A stretch of 64,000 bases of DNA from the human T2T-CHM13v2.0 reference genome, Homo sapiens: assembly GCF_009914755.1 (NCBI RefSeq), contig NC_060939.1. One strand, written 5' to 3'. Each line of letters starts with the position of its first letter. The first letter of the stretch is position 1. Below are positions 29,101 through 45,622 of the stretch, piece after piece. Both the position numbers and the translations under genes were made by a program. Under the pieces are notes generated by a model. It made no database searches, had not been told where the DNA came from, and saw only the letters and a list, made by a program, of their open reading frames with translations.

Positions 29101-32100
29101 TGGCAGCTGGTGTAGTCCCAGTGTGGTGTAGTCCAAGCTACCTGGGAGGCTGAGGGAGGGCAATCGCTTGAACCCGTGAGGCAGATGTTGCAGTGAGCAA
29201 ATTTGGTGCCATTGTACTCCACCCTGTGCAACAGGACAACACTCTGTCTAAAAAAAAATTATATATGATATATGTTATATGTTATGTAATATGCTTTATA
29301 TGTAATATATAACCTCATATATATTATATGTCATAATATATAACAGTTATCCTGTGTCATATTATATATATTATATATTTCATAACATATGTAATACATA
29401 ATACATATTATACATCTTATATATGAAAATATGTAATTAGAGATAAAATAACATATAGTTATATATAATATGATATATAACATATATACTATATCATATA
29501 TGATATATAATATATAATTTTTTATTACATATTATAATTCATATATATTATAATTTATATAATGATATAATTATTTATATAATATAAATAATTATACATA
29601 ATTATATAATTATATATAATATAAATAATAATATATATAACTACATATTCATATCGTTATATATAATAATACATTTCATATGTAATTATATATATCATAT
29701 AATAGACAACACACCTAATATATAATATATAATATATATTATACAATATAGGATACATAATATGTATGATATATAAGATATCATAATATAATATATATTT
29801 TAACATTATGTATGTAACATGTAATATGTGATATATAAAATAAATTATGTAATATAAAATAATATAATATAATATATACTATATTAAGGTATATTATGTA
29901 AAGTATGTAATAAAATTATAAGTAACATAATATATAGTTATATATATTATCTTATGTATTTACATAGAGTATTATACAGTTATATATAATTTTAAATTGT
30001 TATATATAATTTAATATAAAACAAATATAATATACATCATAAAATATATATTTTATACCATATATATATTATGTATCATATATTGTATGTTATATATCAT
30101 ATATTGTATATCATATATCATATATTATATGTTATATGTATCACATTCCACATTTTGTATATTATAAATTATATACAATATATGACATATATTATATTAT
30201 ATATAATAAATTATACATTATATGTAACATAGTATATATTATATGTAACATGTATATTCTATGTAAAATATATAATATATAACATATTACATATAATTAA
30301 TAACATAGACATATAATATATATTTAATATATGTACTATATATACAACGTATTATAGATATACTATATAATATATATTATATATATGGCATAAAATATAA
30401 TATATATTATATGTCATATTTTATATATACAATTATATATTTTTATATGTTATTTTATGTTATATATAACATAGATATAATATATATACCTATAATGTAT
30501 ATTACATATAACGTAGATATTATATATAATACATATAATGTATATTATATATAATCTAGATATTATATATAATATATAAAATGTATATTATATATTTAAT
30601 ACGTATATTAACCATATAATGTATTCTATATATGATATATAATTTATACTATATATGTCATAAAATATAATATATATTATATGTCATTGTATAAATATAA
30701 TACTTATATATTATCAATTATTATATTACATTTAATATATATAATATAAGATGCAGGATGTGAAACAATATTATATATATGTTATATATATTATATATAT
30801 GATACTATATATTATTGTATACATAATGTGTATATATATTTGTGGGTGCCCTATTTCCCATCTCATAACTTGTTTTAAGAAGCGCAGCATAATAATGTGT
30901 GGGCTTGGGATTCAGTTTTTGAAACAAAACACTGAGCCTTCAATGACCTTTCGGTCTATGTAGGAGCGCTCCTGTCTTCGTGGCAGCAGTTGGACCTCAC
31001 AATGTGGATTGTGCCGTCACCCTGCAATGTTTATGCCCTATCGCCATGGTGACGGGATTAGGGATCTCCTGCTCTTGGTCCTAAAGGCCACTGTCTGTGC
31101 TGTGTTTTTCAAAGGTCAGCACAGAGTGAACCTTTGTGGTTTTATTTTCCCTGAGTTTGATTTTTCTCATGGGGAACCTGTGGTGCTGCTTTGAAGGTAT
31201 ATTCATACTGGCCTTTCAAATGCCAACTCTTCAAATTACTAGTTAATGCTTTCAAAGTATGTTATTTCAAAAATTATCCTCCGTATTTTCCATATGCAGT
31301 TATAAATATGTTTCATGGTTATGTTTCATTCCTCAGTTTATATATTTGATTATTGTACCAAGCAGAGTACCTTTGAAATTTTTTTTCATCTAAAAAATAT
31401 GTAAATTAGCTCAGGCCTGTAATCCCAGCAAATTTGGAGGCCAAGGCAAGGGGATCACAAGGTAAAGAGATCAAGACCATCCTGGCCAATACAGTGAAAC
31501 GCTGTCACTACGAAAAACCCAAAAAATTAGCTAGGCATTGTGGCAGCTGGTGTAGTCCCAGTGTGGTGTAGTCCAAGCTACCTGGGAGGCTGAGGGAGGG
31601 CAATCGCTTGAACCCGTGAGGCAGATGTTGCAGTGAGCAAATTTGGTGCCATTGTACTCCACCGTGTGCAACAGGACAACACTCTGTCTAAAAAAAAATT
31701 ATATATGATATGTGTTATATGTTATGTAATATGCTTTATATGTAATATATAACCTCATATATATTATATGTCATAATATATAATAGTTATCCTGTGTCAT
31801 ATTATATATATTATATATTTCATAACTTATATAATATATAATACATATTATACATCTTATATATGAAAATATGTAATTAGAGATAAAATAACATATAGTT
31901 ATATATAATATGATATATAACATATATACTATATCATATATGATATATAATATATAATTTTTTATTACATATTATAATTCATATATATTATAATTTATAT
32001 AATGGTATAATTATTTATATAATATAAATAATTATACATAATTATATAATTATATATAATATAAATAATAATATATATAATTACATATTCATATCGTTAT

Positions 32101-35100
32101 ATATAATAATACATTTCATATGTAATTATATATATCATATAATAGACAACACACCTAATATATAATATATAATATATATTATACAATATAGGATACATAA
32201 TATGTATGATATATAAGATATCATAATATAATATATATTTTAACATTATGTATGTAACATGTAATATGTGATATATAAAATAAATTATGTAATATAAAAT
32301 AATATAAGATAATATATACTATATTAAGGTATATTATGTAAAGTACGTAATAAAATTATAAGTAACATAATATATAGTTATATATATTATCTTTTGTATT
32401 TACATAGAGTATTATACAGTTATATATAATTTTAAATTGTTATATATAATTTAATATAAACAAATATACATCATAAAATATATATTGTATACCATATATA
32501 TATTATGTATCATATATTGTATGTTATATATCATATATTGTATATCATATATCATATATTATATGTTATATGTATCACATTCCACATTTTGTATATTATA
32601 AATTATATACAATATATGACATATATTATATTATATATAATAAATTATACATTATATGTAACATAGTATATATTATATGTAACATGTATATTCTATGTAA
32701 AATATATAATATATAACATATTACATATAATTAATAACATAGACATATAATATATATTTAATATATGTACTATATATACAACGTATTATACATATACTAT
32801 ATAATATATGTTATATATATGGCATAAAATATAATATATATTATATGTCATATTTTATATATACAATTATATATTATTATATGTTATTTTATATTATATA
32901 TAACATAGATATAATATATATACCTATAATGTATATTACATATAACGTAGATATTATATATAATGTATATAATGTATATTATATATAACGTAGATATTAT
33001 ATATAATATATATAATGTATATTATATATTTAATACGTATATTAACCATATAATATATTCTATATATGATATATAATATATATTATATATGTCAAAAAAT
33101 ATAATATATATTATATGTCATTGTATAAATATACTTATATATTATCAATTATTATATTACATTTAATATATATAATATAAGATGCAGGATGTGAAACAAT
33201 ATTATATATATGTTATATATATTATATATATGATACTATATATTATTGTATACATAATGTGTATATATATTTGTGGGTGCCCTATTTCCCATCTCATAAC
33301 TTGTTTTAAGAAGCGCAGCATAATAATGTGTGGGCTTGGGATTCAGTTTTTGAAACAAAACACTGAGCCTTCAATGACCTTTCGGTCTATGTAGAAGCGC
33401 TCCTGTCTTCGTGGCAGCAGTTGGACCTCACAATGTGGATTGTGCCGTCACCCTGCAATGTTTATGCCCTATCGCCATGGTGACGGGATTAGGGATCTCC
33501 TGCTCTTGGTCCTAAAGGCCACTGCCTGTGCTGTGTTTTTCAAAGGTCAGCACAGAGTGAACCTTTGTGGTTTTATTTTCCCTGAGTTTGATTTTTCTCA
33601 TGGGGAACCTGTGTTGCTGCTTTCAAGGTATATTCATACTGGCCTTTCAAATGCCAACTCTTCAAATTACTAGTTAATGCTTTCAAAGTATGTTATTTCA
33701 AAAATTATCCTCCGTATTTTCCATATGCAGTTATAAATATGTTTCATGGTTATGTTTCATTCCTCAGTTTATATATTTGATTATTGTACCAAGCAGAGTA
33801 CCTTTGAAATTTTTTTTCATCTAAAAAATATGTAAATTAGCTCAGGCCTGTAATCCCGGCAAATTTGGAGGCCAAGGCAAGGGGATCACAAGGTAAAGAG
33901 ATCAAGACCATCCTGGCCAATACAGTGAAACGCTGTCACTACTAAAAACCCAAAAAATTAGCTAGGCATTGTGGCAGCTGGTGTAGTCCCAGTGTGGTGT
34001 AGTCCAAGCTACCTGGGAGGCTGAGGGAGGGCAATCGCTTGAACCCGTGAGGCAGATGTTGCAGTGAGCAAATTTGGTGCCATTGTACTCCACCGTGTGC
34101 AACAGGACAACACTCTGTCTAAAAAAAAATTATATATGATATGTGTTATATGTTATGTAATATGCTTTATATGTAATATATAACCTCATATATATTATAT
34201 GTCATAATATATAATAGTTATCCTGTGTCATATTATATATATTATATATTTCATAACTTATATAATATATAATACATATTATACATCTTATATATGAAAA
34301 TATGTAATTAGAGATAAAATAACATATAGTTATATATAATATGAGATATAACATATATACTATATCATATATGATATATAATATATAATTTTTTATTACA
34401 TATTATAATTCATATATATTATAATTTATATAATGATATAATTATTTATATAATATAAATAATTATACATAATTATATAATTATATATAATATAAATAAT
34501 AATATATATAATTACATATTCATATCGTTATATATAATAATACATTTCATATGTAATTATATATATCATATAATAGACAACACACCTAATATATAATATA
34601 TAATATATATTATACAATATAGGATACATAATATGTATGATATATAAGATATCATAATATAATATATATTTTAACATTATGTATGTAACATGTAATATGT
34701 GATATATAAAATAAATTATGTAATATAAAATAATATAAGATAATATATACTATATTAAGGTATATTATGTAAAGTACGTAATAAAATTATAAGTAACATA
34801 ATATATAGTTATATATATTATCTTTTGTATTTACATAGAGTATTATACAGTTATATATAATTTTAAATTGTTATATATAATTTAATATAAACAAATATAC
34901 ATCATAAAATATATATTGTATACCATATATATATTATGTATCATATATTGTATGTTATATATCATATATTGTATATCATATATCATATATTATATGTTAT
35001 ATGTATCACATTCCACATTTTGTATATTTTAAATTATATACAATATATGACATACATTATATTATATATAATAAATTATACATTATATGTAACATAGTAT

Positions 35101-38100
35101 ATATTATATGTAACATGTATATTCTATGTAAAATATATAATATATAACATATATTACATATAATTAATAACATAGACATATAATATATATTTAATATATG
35201 TACTATATATACAACGTATTATAGATATACTATATAATATATATTATATATATGGCATAAAATATAATATATATTATATGTCATATTTTATATATACAAT
35301 TATATATTATTATATGTTATTTTATATTATATATAACATAGATATAATATATATATCTATAATGTATATTACATATAACATAGATATTATATATAATACA
35401 TATAATGTATATTATATATAACGTAGATATTATATATAATATATATAATGTATATTATATATTTAATACGTATATTAACCATATAATATATTCTATATAT
35501 GATATATAATATATATTATATATGTCATAAAATATAATATATATTATATGTCATTGTATAAATATAATACTTATATATTATCAATTATTTTATTACATTT
35601 AATATATATAATATAAGATGCAGGATGTGAAACAATATTATATATATGTTATTTATATTATATATATGATACTATATATTATTGTATACATAATGTGTAT
35701 ATATATTTGTGGGTGCCCTATTTCCCATCTCATAACTTGTTTTAAGAAGCGCAGCATAATAATGTGTGGGCTTGGGATTCAGTCTTTGAAACAAAACACT
35801 GAGCCTTCAATGACCTTTCGGTCTATGTAGAAGCGCTCCTGTCTTCGTGGCAGCAGTTGGACCTCACAATGTGGATTGTGCCGTCACCCTGCAATGTTTA
35901 TGCCCTATCGCCATGGTGACGGGATTAGGGATCTCCTGCTCTTGGTCCTAAAGGCCACTGTCTGTGCTGTGTTTTTCAAAGGTCAGCACAGAGTGAACCT
36001 TTGTGGTTTTATTTTCCCTGAGTTTGATTTTTCTCATGGGGAACCTGTGGTGCTGCTTTGAAGGTATATTCATACTGGCCTTTCAAATGCCAACTCTTCA
36101 AATTACTAGTTAATGCTTTCAAAGTATGTTATTTCAAAAATTATCCTCTGTATTTTCCATATGCAGTTATAAATATGTTTCATGGTTATGTTTCATTCCT
36201 CAGTTTATATATTTGATTATTGTACCAAGCAGAGTACCTTTGAAATTTTTTTTCATCTAAAAAATATGTAAATTAGCTCAGGCCTGTAATCCCAGCAAAT
36301 TTGGAGGCCAAGGCAAGGGGATCACAAGGTAAAGAGATCAAGACCATCCTGGCCAATACAGTGAAACGCTGTCACTACTAAAAATCCAAAAAATTAGCTA
36401 GGCATTGTGGCAGCTGGTGTAGTCCCAGTGTGGTGTAGTCCAAGCTACCTGGGAGGCTGAGGGAGGGCAATCGCTTGAACCCGTGAGGCAGATGTTGCAG
36501 TGAGCAAATTTGGTGCCATTGTACTCCACCCTGTGCAACAGGACAACACTCTGTCTAAAAAAAAATTATATATGATATATGTTATATGTTATGTAATATG
36601 CTTTATATGTAATATATAACCTCATATATATTATATGTCATAATATATAACAGTTATCCTGTGTCATATTATATATATTATATATTTCATAACATATGTA
36701 ATACATAATACATATTATACATCTTATATATGAAAATATGTAATTAGAGATAAAATAACATATAGTTATATATAATATGATATATAACATATATACTATA
36801 TCATATATGATATATAATATATAATTTTTTATTACATATTATAATTCATATATATTATAATTTATATAATGATATAATTATTTATATAATATAAAAAATT
36901 ATACATAATTATATAATTATATATAATATAAATAATAATATATATAACTACATATTCATATCGTTATATATAATAATACATTTCATATGTAATTATATAT
37001 ATCATATAATAGACAACACACCTAATATATAATATATAATATATATTATACAATATAGGATACATAATATGTATGATATATAAGATATCATAATATAATA
37101 TATATTTTAACATTATGTATGTAACATGTAATATGTGATATATAAAATAAATTATGTAATATAAAATAATATAATATAATATATACTATATTAAGGTATA
37201 TTATGTAAAGTATGTAATAAAATTATAAGTAACATAATATATAGTTATATATATTATCTTATGTATTTACATAGAGTATTATACAGTTATATATAATTTT
37301 AAATTGTTATATATAATTTAATATAAAACAAATATAATATACATCATAAAATATATATTGTATACCATATATATATTATGTATCATATATTGTATGTTAT
37401 ATATCATATATTGTATATCATATATCATATATTATATGTTATATGTATCACATTCCACATTTTGTATATTATAAATTATATACAATATATGACATATATT
37501 ATATTATATATAATAAATTATACATTATATGTAACATAGTATATATTATATGTAACATGTATATTCTATGTAAAATATATAATATATAACATATTACATA
37601 TAATTAATAACATAGACATATAATATATATTTAATATATGTACTATATATACAACGTATTATAGATATACTATATAATATATATTATATATATGGCATAA
37701 AATATAATATATATTATATGTCATATTTTATATATACAATTATATATTTTTATATGTTATTTTATGTTATATATAACATAGATATAATATATATACCTAT
37801 AATGTATATTACATATAACGTAGATATTATATATAATACATATAATGTATATTATATATAATCTAGATATTATATATAATATATATAATGTATATTATAT
37901 ATTTAATACGTATATTAACCATATAATGTATTCTATATATGATATATAATTTATACTATATATGTCATAAAATATAATATATATTATATGTCATTGTATA
38001 AATATAATACTTATATATTATCAATTATTATATTACATTTAATATATATAATATAAGATGCAGGATGTGAAACAATATTATATATATGTTATATATATTA

Positions 38101-41100
38101 TATATATGATACTATATATTATTGTATACATAATGTGTATATATATTTGTGGGTGCCCTATTTCCCATCTCATAACTTGTTTTAAGAAGCGCAGCATAAT
38201 AATGTGTGGGCTTGGGATTCAGTTTTTGAAACAAAACACTGAGCCTTCAATGACCTTTCGGTCTATGTAGAAGCGCTCCTGTCTTCGTGGCAGCAGTTGG
38301 ACCTCACAATGTGGATTGTGCCGTCACCCTGCAATGTTTATGCCCTATCGCCATGGTGACGGGATTAGGGATCTCCTGCTCTTGGTCCTAAAGGCCACTG
38401 TCTGTGCTGTGTTTTTCAAAGGTCAGCACAGAGTGAACCTTTGTGGTTTTATTTTCCCTGAGTTTGATTTTTCTCATGGGGAACCTGTGGTGCTGCTTTG
38501 AAGGTATATTCATACTGGCCTTTCAAATGCCAACTCTTCAAATTACTAGTTAATGCTTTCAAAGTATGTTATTTCAAAAATTATCCTCCGTATTTTCCAT
38601 ATGCAGTTATAAATATGTTTCATGGTTATGTTTCATTCCTCAGTTTATATATTTGATTATTGTACCAAGCAGAGTACCTTTGAAATTTTTTTTCATCTAA
38701 AAAATATGTAAATTAGCTCAGGCCTGTAATCCCAGCAAATTTGGAGGCCAAGGCAAGGGGATCACAAGGTAAAGAGATCAAGACCATCCTGGCCAATACA
38801 GTGAAACGCTGTCACTACGAAAAACCCAAAAAATTAGCTAGGCATTGTGGCAGCTGGTGTAGTCCCAGTGTGGTGTAGTCCAAGCTACCTGGGAGGCTGA
38901 GGGAGGGCAATCGCTTGAACCCGTGAGGCAGATGTTGCAGTGAGCAAATTTGGTGCCATTGTACTCCACCGTGTGCAACAGGACAACACACTGTCTAAAA
39001 AAAAATTATATATGATATGTGTTATATGTTATGTAATATGCTTTATATGTAATATATAACCTCATATATATTATATGTCATAATATATAATAGTTATCCT
39101 GTGTCATATTATATATATTATATATTTCATAACTTATATAATATATAATACATATTATACATCTTATATATGAAAATATGTAATTAGAGATAAAATAACA
39201 TATAGTTATATATAATATGATATATAACATATATACTATATCATATATGATATATAATATATAATTTTTTATTACATATTATAATTCATATATATTATAA
39301 TTTATATAATGATATAATTATTTATATAATATAAATAATTATACATAATTATATAATTATATATAATATAAATAATAATATATATAATTACATATTCATA
39401 TCGTTATATATAATAATACATTTCATATGTAATTATATATATCATATAATAGACAACACACCTAATATATAATATATAATATATATTATACAATATAGGA
39501 TACATAATATGTATGATATATAAGATATCATAATATAATATATATTTTAACATTATGTATGTAACATGTAATATGTGATATATAAAATAAATTATGTAAT
39601 ATAAAATAATATAAGATAATATATACTATATTAAGGTATATTATGTAAAGTACGTAATAAAATTATAAGTAACATAATATATAGTTATATATATTATCTT
39701 TTGTATTTACATAGAGTATTATACAGTTATATATAATTTTAAATTGTTATATATAATTTAATATAAACAAATATACATCATAAAATATATATTGTATACC
39801 ATATATATATTATGTATCATATATTGTATGTTATATATCATATATTGTATATCATATATCATATATTATATGTTATATGTATCACATTCCACATTTTGTA
39901 TATTATAAATTATATACAATATATGACATATATTATATTATATATAATAAATTATACATTATATGTAACATAGTATATATTATATGTAACATGTATATTC
40001 TATGTAAAATATATAATATATAACATATTACATATAATTAATAACATAGACATATAATATATATTTAATATATGTACTATATATACAACGTATTATACAT
40101 ATACTATATAATATATGTTATATATATGGCATAAAATATAATATATATTATATGTCATATTTTATATATACAATTATATATTATTATATGTTATTTTATA
40201 TTATATATAACATAGATATAATATATATACCTATAATGTATATTACATATAACGTAGATATTATATATAATGTATATAATGTATATTATATATAACGTAG
40301 ATATTATATATAATATATATAATGTATATTATATATTTAATACGTATATTAACCATATAATATATTCTATATATGATATATAATATATATTATATATGTC
40401 AAAAAATATAATATATATTATATGTCATTGTATAAATATACTTATATATTATCAATTATTATATTACATTTAATATATATAATATAAGATGCAGGATGTG
40501 AAACAATATTATATATATGTTATTTATATTATATATATGATACTATATATTATTGTATACATAATGTGTATATATATTTGTGGGTGCCCTATTTCCCATC
40601 TCATAACTTGTTTTAAGAAGCGCTGCATAATAATGTGTGGGCTTGGGATTCAGTTTTTGAAACAAAACACTGAGCCTTCAATGACCTTTCGGTCTATGTA
40701 GAAGCGCTCCTGTCTTCGTGGCAGCAGTTGGACCTCACAATGTGGATTGTGCCGTCACCCTGCAATGTTTATGCCCTATCGCCATGGTGACGGGATTAGG
40801 GATCTCCTGCTCTTGGTCCTAAAGGCCACTGTCTGTGCTGTGTTTTTCAAAGGTCAGCACAGAGTGAACCTTTGTGGTTTTATTTTCCCTGAGTTTGATT
40901 TTTCTCATGGGGAACCTGTGGTGCTGCTTTGAAGGTATATTCATACTGGCCTTTCAAATGCCAACTCTTCAAATTACTAGTTAATGCTTTCAAAGTATGT
41001 TATTTCAAAAATTATCCTCTGTATTTTCCATATGCAGTTATAAATATGTTTCATGGTTATGTTTCATTCCTCAGTTTATATATTTGATTATTGTACCAAG

Positions 41101-44100
41101 CAGAGTACCTTTGAAATTTTTTTTCATCTAAAAAATATGTAAATTAGCTCAGGCCTGTAATCCCAGCAAATTTGGAGGCCAAGGCAAGGGGATCACAAGG
41201 TAAAGAGATCAAGACCATCCTGGCCAATACAGTGAAACGCTGTCACTACTAAAAATCCAAAAAATTAGCTAGGCATTGTGGCAGCTGGTGTAGTCCCAGT
41301 GTGGTGTAGTCCAAGCTACCTGGGAGGCTGAGGGAGGGCAATCGCTTGAACCCGTGAGGCAGATGTTGCAGTGAGCAAATTTGGTGCCATTGTACTCCAC
41401 CGTGTGCAACAGGACAACACTCTGTCTAAAAAAAAATTATATATGATATGTGTTATATGTTATGTAATATGCTTTATATGTAATATATAACCTCATATAT
41501 ATTATATGTCATAATATATAATAGTTATCCTGTGTCATATTATATATATTATATATTTCATAACTTATATAATATATAATACATATTATACATCTTATAT
41601 ATGAAAATATGTAATTAGAGATAAAATAACATATAGTTATATATAATATGATATATAACATATATACTATATCATATATGATATATAATATATAATTTTT
41701 TATTACATATTATAATTCATATATATTATAATTTATATAATGATATAATTATTTATGTAATATAAATAATTATACATAATTATATAATTATATATAATAT
41801 AAATAATAATATATATAATTACATATTCATATCGTTATATATAATAATACATTTCATATGTAATTATATATATCATATAATAGACAACACACCTAATATA
41901 TAATATATAATATATATTATACAATATAGGATACATAATATGTATGATATATAATATATCATAATATAATATATATTTTAACATTATGTATGTAACATGT
42001 AATATGTGATATATAAAATAAATTATGTAATATAAAATAATATAAGATAATATATACTATATTAAGGTATATTATGTAAAGTACGTAATAAAATTATAAG
42101 TAACATAATATATAGTTATATATATTATCTTTTGTATTTACATAGAGTATTATACAGTTATATATAATTTTAAATTGTTATATATAATTTAATATAAACA
42201 AATATACATCATAAAATATATATTGTATACCATATATATATTATGTATCATATATTGTATGTTATATATCATATATTGTATATCATATATCATATATTAT
42301 ATGTTATATGTATCACATTCCACATTTTGTATATTTTAAATTATATACAATATATGACATACATTATATTATATATAATAAATTATACATTATATGTAAC
42401 ATAGTATATATTATATGTAACATGTATATTCTATGTAAAATATATAATATATAACATATATTACATATAATTAATAACATAGACATATAATATATATTTA
42501 ATATATGTACTATATATACAACGTATTATAGATATACTATATAATATATATTATATATATGGCATAAAATATAATATATATTATATGTCATATTTTATAT
42601 ATACAATTATATATTATTATATGTTATTTTATATTATATATAACATAGATATAATATATATATCTATAATGTATATTACATATAACATAGATATTATATA
42701 TAATACATATAATGTATATTATATATAACGTAGATATTATATATAATATATATAATGTATATTATATATTTAATACGTATATTAACCATATAATATATTC
42801 TATATATGATATATAATATATATTATATATGTCATAAAATATAATATATATTATATGTCATTGTATAAATATAATACTTATATATTATCAATTATTATAT
42901 TACATTTAATATATATAATATAAGATGCAGGATGTGAAACAATATTATATATATGTTATTTATATTATATATATGATACTATATATTATTGTATACATAA
43001 TGTGTATATATATTTGTGGGTGCCCTATTTCCCATCTCATAACTTGTTTTAAGAAGCGCAGCATAATAATGTGTGGGCTTGGGATTCAGTTTTTGAAACA
43101 AAACACTGAGCCTTCAATGACCTTTCGGTCTATGTAGAAGCGCTCCTGTCTTCGTGGCAGCAGTTGGACCTCACAATGTGGATTGTGCCGTCACCCTGCA
43201 ATGTTTATGCCCTATCGCCATGGTGACGGGATTAGGGATCTCCTGCTCTTGGTCCTAAAGGCCACTGTCTGTGCTGTGTTTTTCAAAGGTCAGCACAGAG
43301 TGAACCTTTGTGGTTTTATTTTCCCTGAGTTTGATTTTTCTCATGGGGAACCTGTGGTGCTGCTTTGAAGGTATATTCATACTGGCCTTTCAAATGCCAA
43401 CTCTTCAAATTACTAGTTAATGCTTTCAAAGTATGTTATTTCAAAAATTATCCTCTGTATTTTCCATATGCAGTTATAAATATGTTTCATGGTTATGTTT
43501 CATTCCTCAGTTTATATATTTGATTATTGTACCAAGCAGAGTACCTTTGAAATTTTTTTTCATCTAAAAAATATGTAAATTAGCTCAGGCCTGTAATCCC
43601 AGCAAATTTGGAGGCCAAGGCAAGGGGATCACAAGGTAAAGAGATCAAGACCATCCTGGCCAATACAGTGAAACGCTGTCACTACTAAAAATCCAAAAAA
43701 TTAGCTAGGCATTGTGGCAGCTGGTGTAGTCCCAGTGTGGTGTAGTCCAAGCTACCTGGGAGGCTGAGGGAGGGCAATCGCTTGAACCCGTGAGGCAGAT
43801 GTTGCAGTGAGCAAATTTGGTGCCATTGTACTCCACCCTGTGCAACAGGACAACACTCTGTCTAAAAAAAAATTATATATGATATATGTTATATGTTATG
43901 TAATATGCTTTATATGTAATATATAACCTCATATATATTATATGTCATAATATATAACAGTTATCCTGTGTCATATTATATATATTATATATTTCATAAC
44001 ATATGTAATACATAATACATATTATACATCTTATATATGAAAATATGTAATTAGAGATAAAATAACATATAGTTATATATAATATGATATATAACATATA

Positions 44101-45622
44101 TACTATATCATATATGATATATAATATATAATTTTTTATTACATATTATAATTCATATATATTATAATTTATATAATGATATAATTATTTATATAATATA
44201 AATAATTATACATAATTATATAATTATATATAATATAAATAATAATATATATAACTACATATTCATATCGTTATATATAATAATACATTTCATATGTAAT
44301 TATATATATCATATAATAGACAACACACCTAATATATAATATATAATATATATTATACAATATAGGATACATAATATGTATGATATATAAGATATCATAA
44401 TATAATATATATTTTAACATTATGTATGTAACATGTAATATGTGATATATAAAATAAATTATGTAATATAAAATAATATAATATAATATATACTATATTA
44501 AGGTATATTATGTAAAGTATGTAATAAAATTATAAGTAACATAATATATAGTTATATATATTATCTTATGTATTTACATAGAGTATTATACAGTTATATA
44601 TAATTTTAAATTGTTATATATAATTTAATATAAAACAAATATAATATACATCATAAAATATATATTGTATACCATATATATATTATGTATCATATATTGT
44701 ATGTTATATATCATATATTGTATATCATATATCATATATTATATGTTATATGTATCACATTCCACATTTTGTATATTATAAATTATATACAATATATGAC
44801 ATATATTATATTATATATAATAAATTATACATTATATGTAACATAGTATATATTATATGTAACATGTATATTCTATGTAAAATATATAATATATAACATA
44901 TTACATATAATTAATAACATAGACATATAATATATATTTAATATATGTACTATATATACAACGTATTATAGATATACTATATAATATATATTATATATAT
45001 GGCATAAAATATAATATATATTATATGTCATATTTTATATATACAATTATATATTTTTATATGTTATTTTATGTTATATATAACATAGATATAATATATA
45101 TACCTATAATGTATATTACATATAACGTAGATATTATATATAATACATATAATGTATATTATATATAATCTAGATATTATATATAATATATATAATGTAT
45201 ATTATATATTTAATACGTATATTAACCATATAATGTATTCTATATATGATATATAATTTATACTATATATGTCATAAAATATAATATATATTATATGTCA
45301 TTGTATAAATATAATACTTATATATTATCAATTATTATATTACATTTAATATATATAATATAAGATGCAGGATGTGAAACAATATTATATATATGTTATA
45401 TATATTATATATATGATACTATATATTATTGTATACATAATGTGTATATATATTTGTGGGTGCCCTATTTCCCATCTCATAACTTGTTTTAAGAAGCGCA
45501 GCATAATAATGTGTGGGCTTGGGATTCAGTTTTTGAAACAAAACACTGAGCCTTCAATGACCTTTCGGTCTATGTAGAAGCGCTCCTGTCTTCGTGGCAG
45601 CAGTTGGACCTCACAATGTGGA
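26133..45622 (+). repeat. 7307-bp three-unit higher-order repeat within the array (~2.7 copies)
   Basis: Periods run 2436, 2440, 2431, 2436, 2440, 2431, 2436, 2440, and diagnostic variants recur every third unit. Confidence 0.9.
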
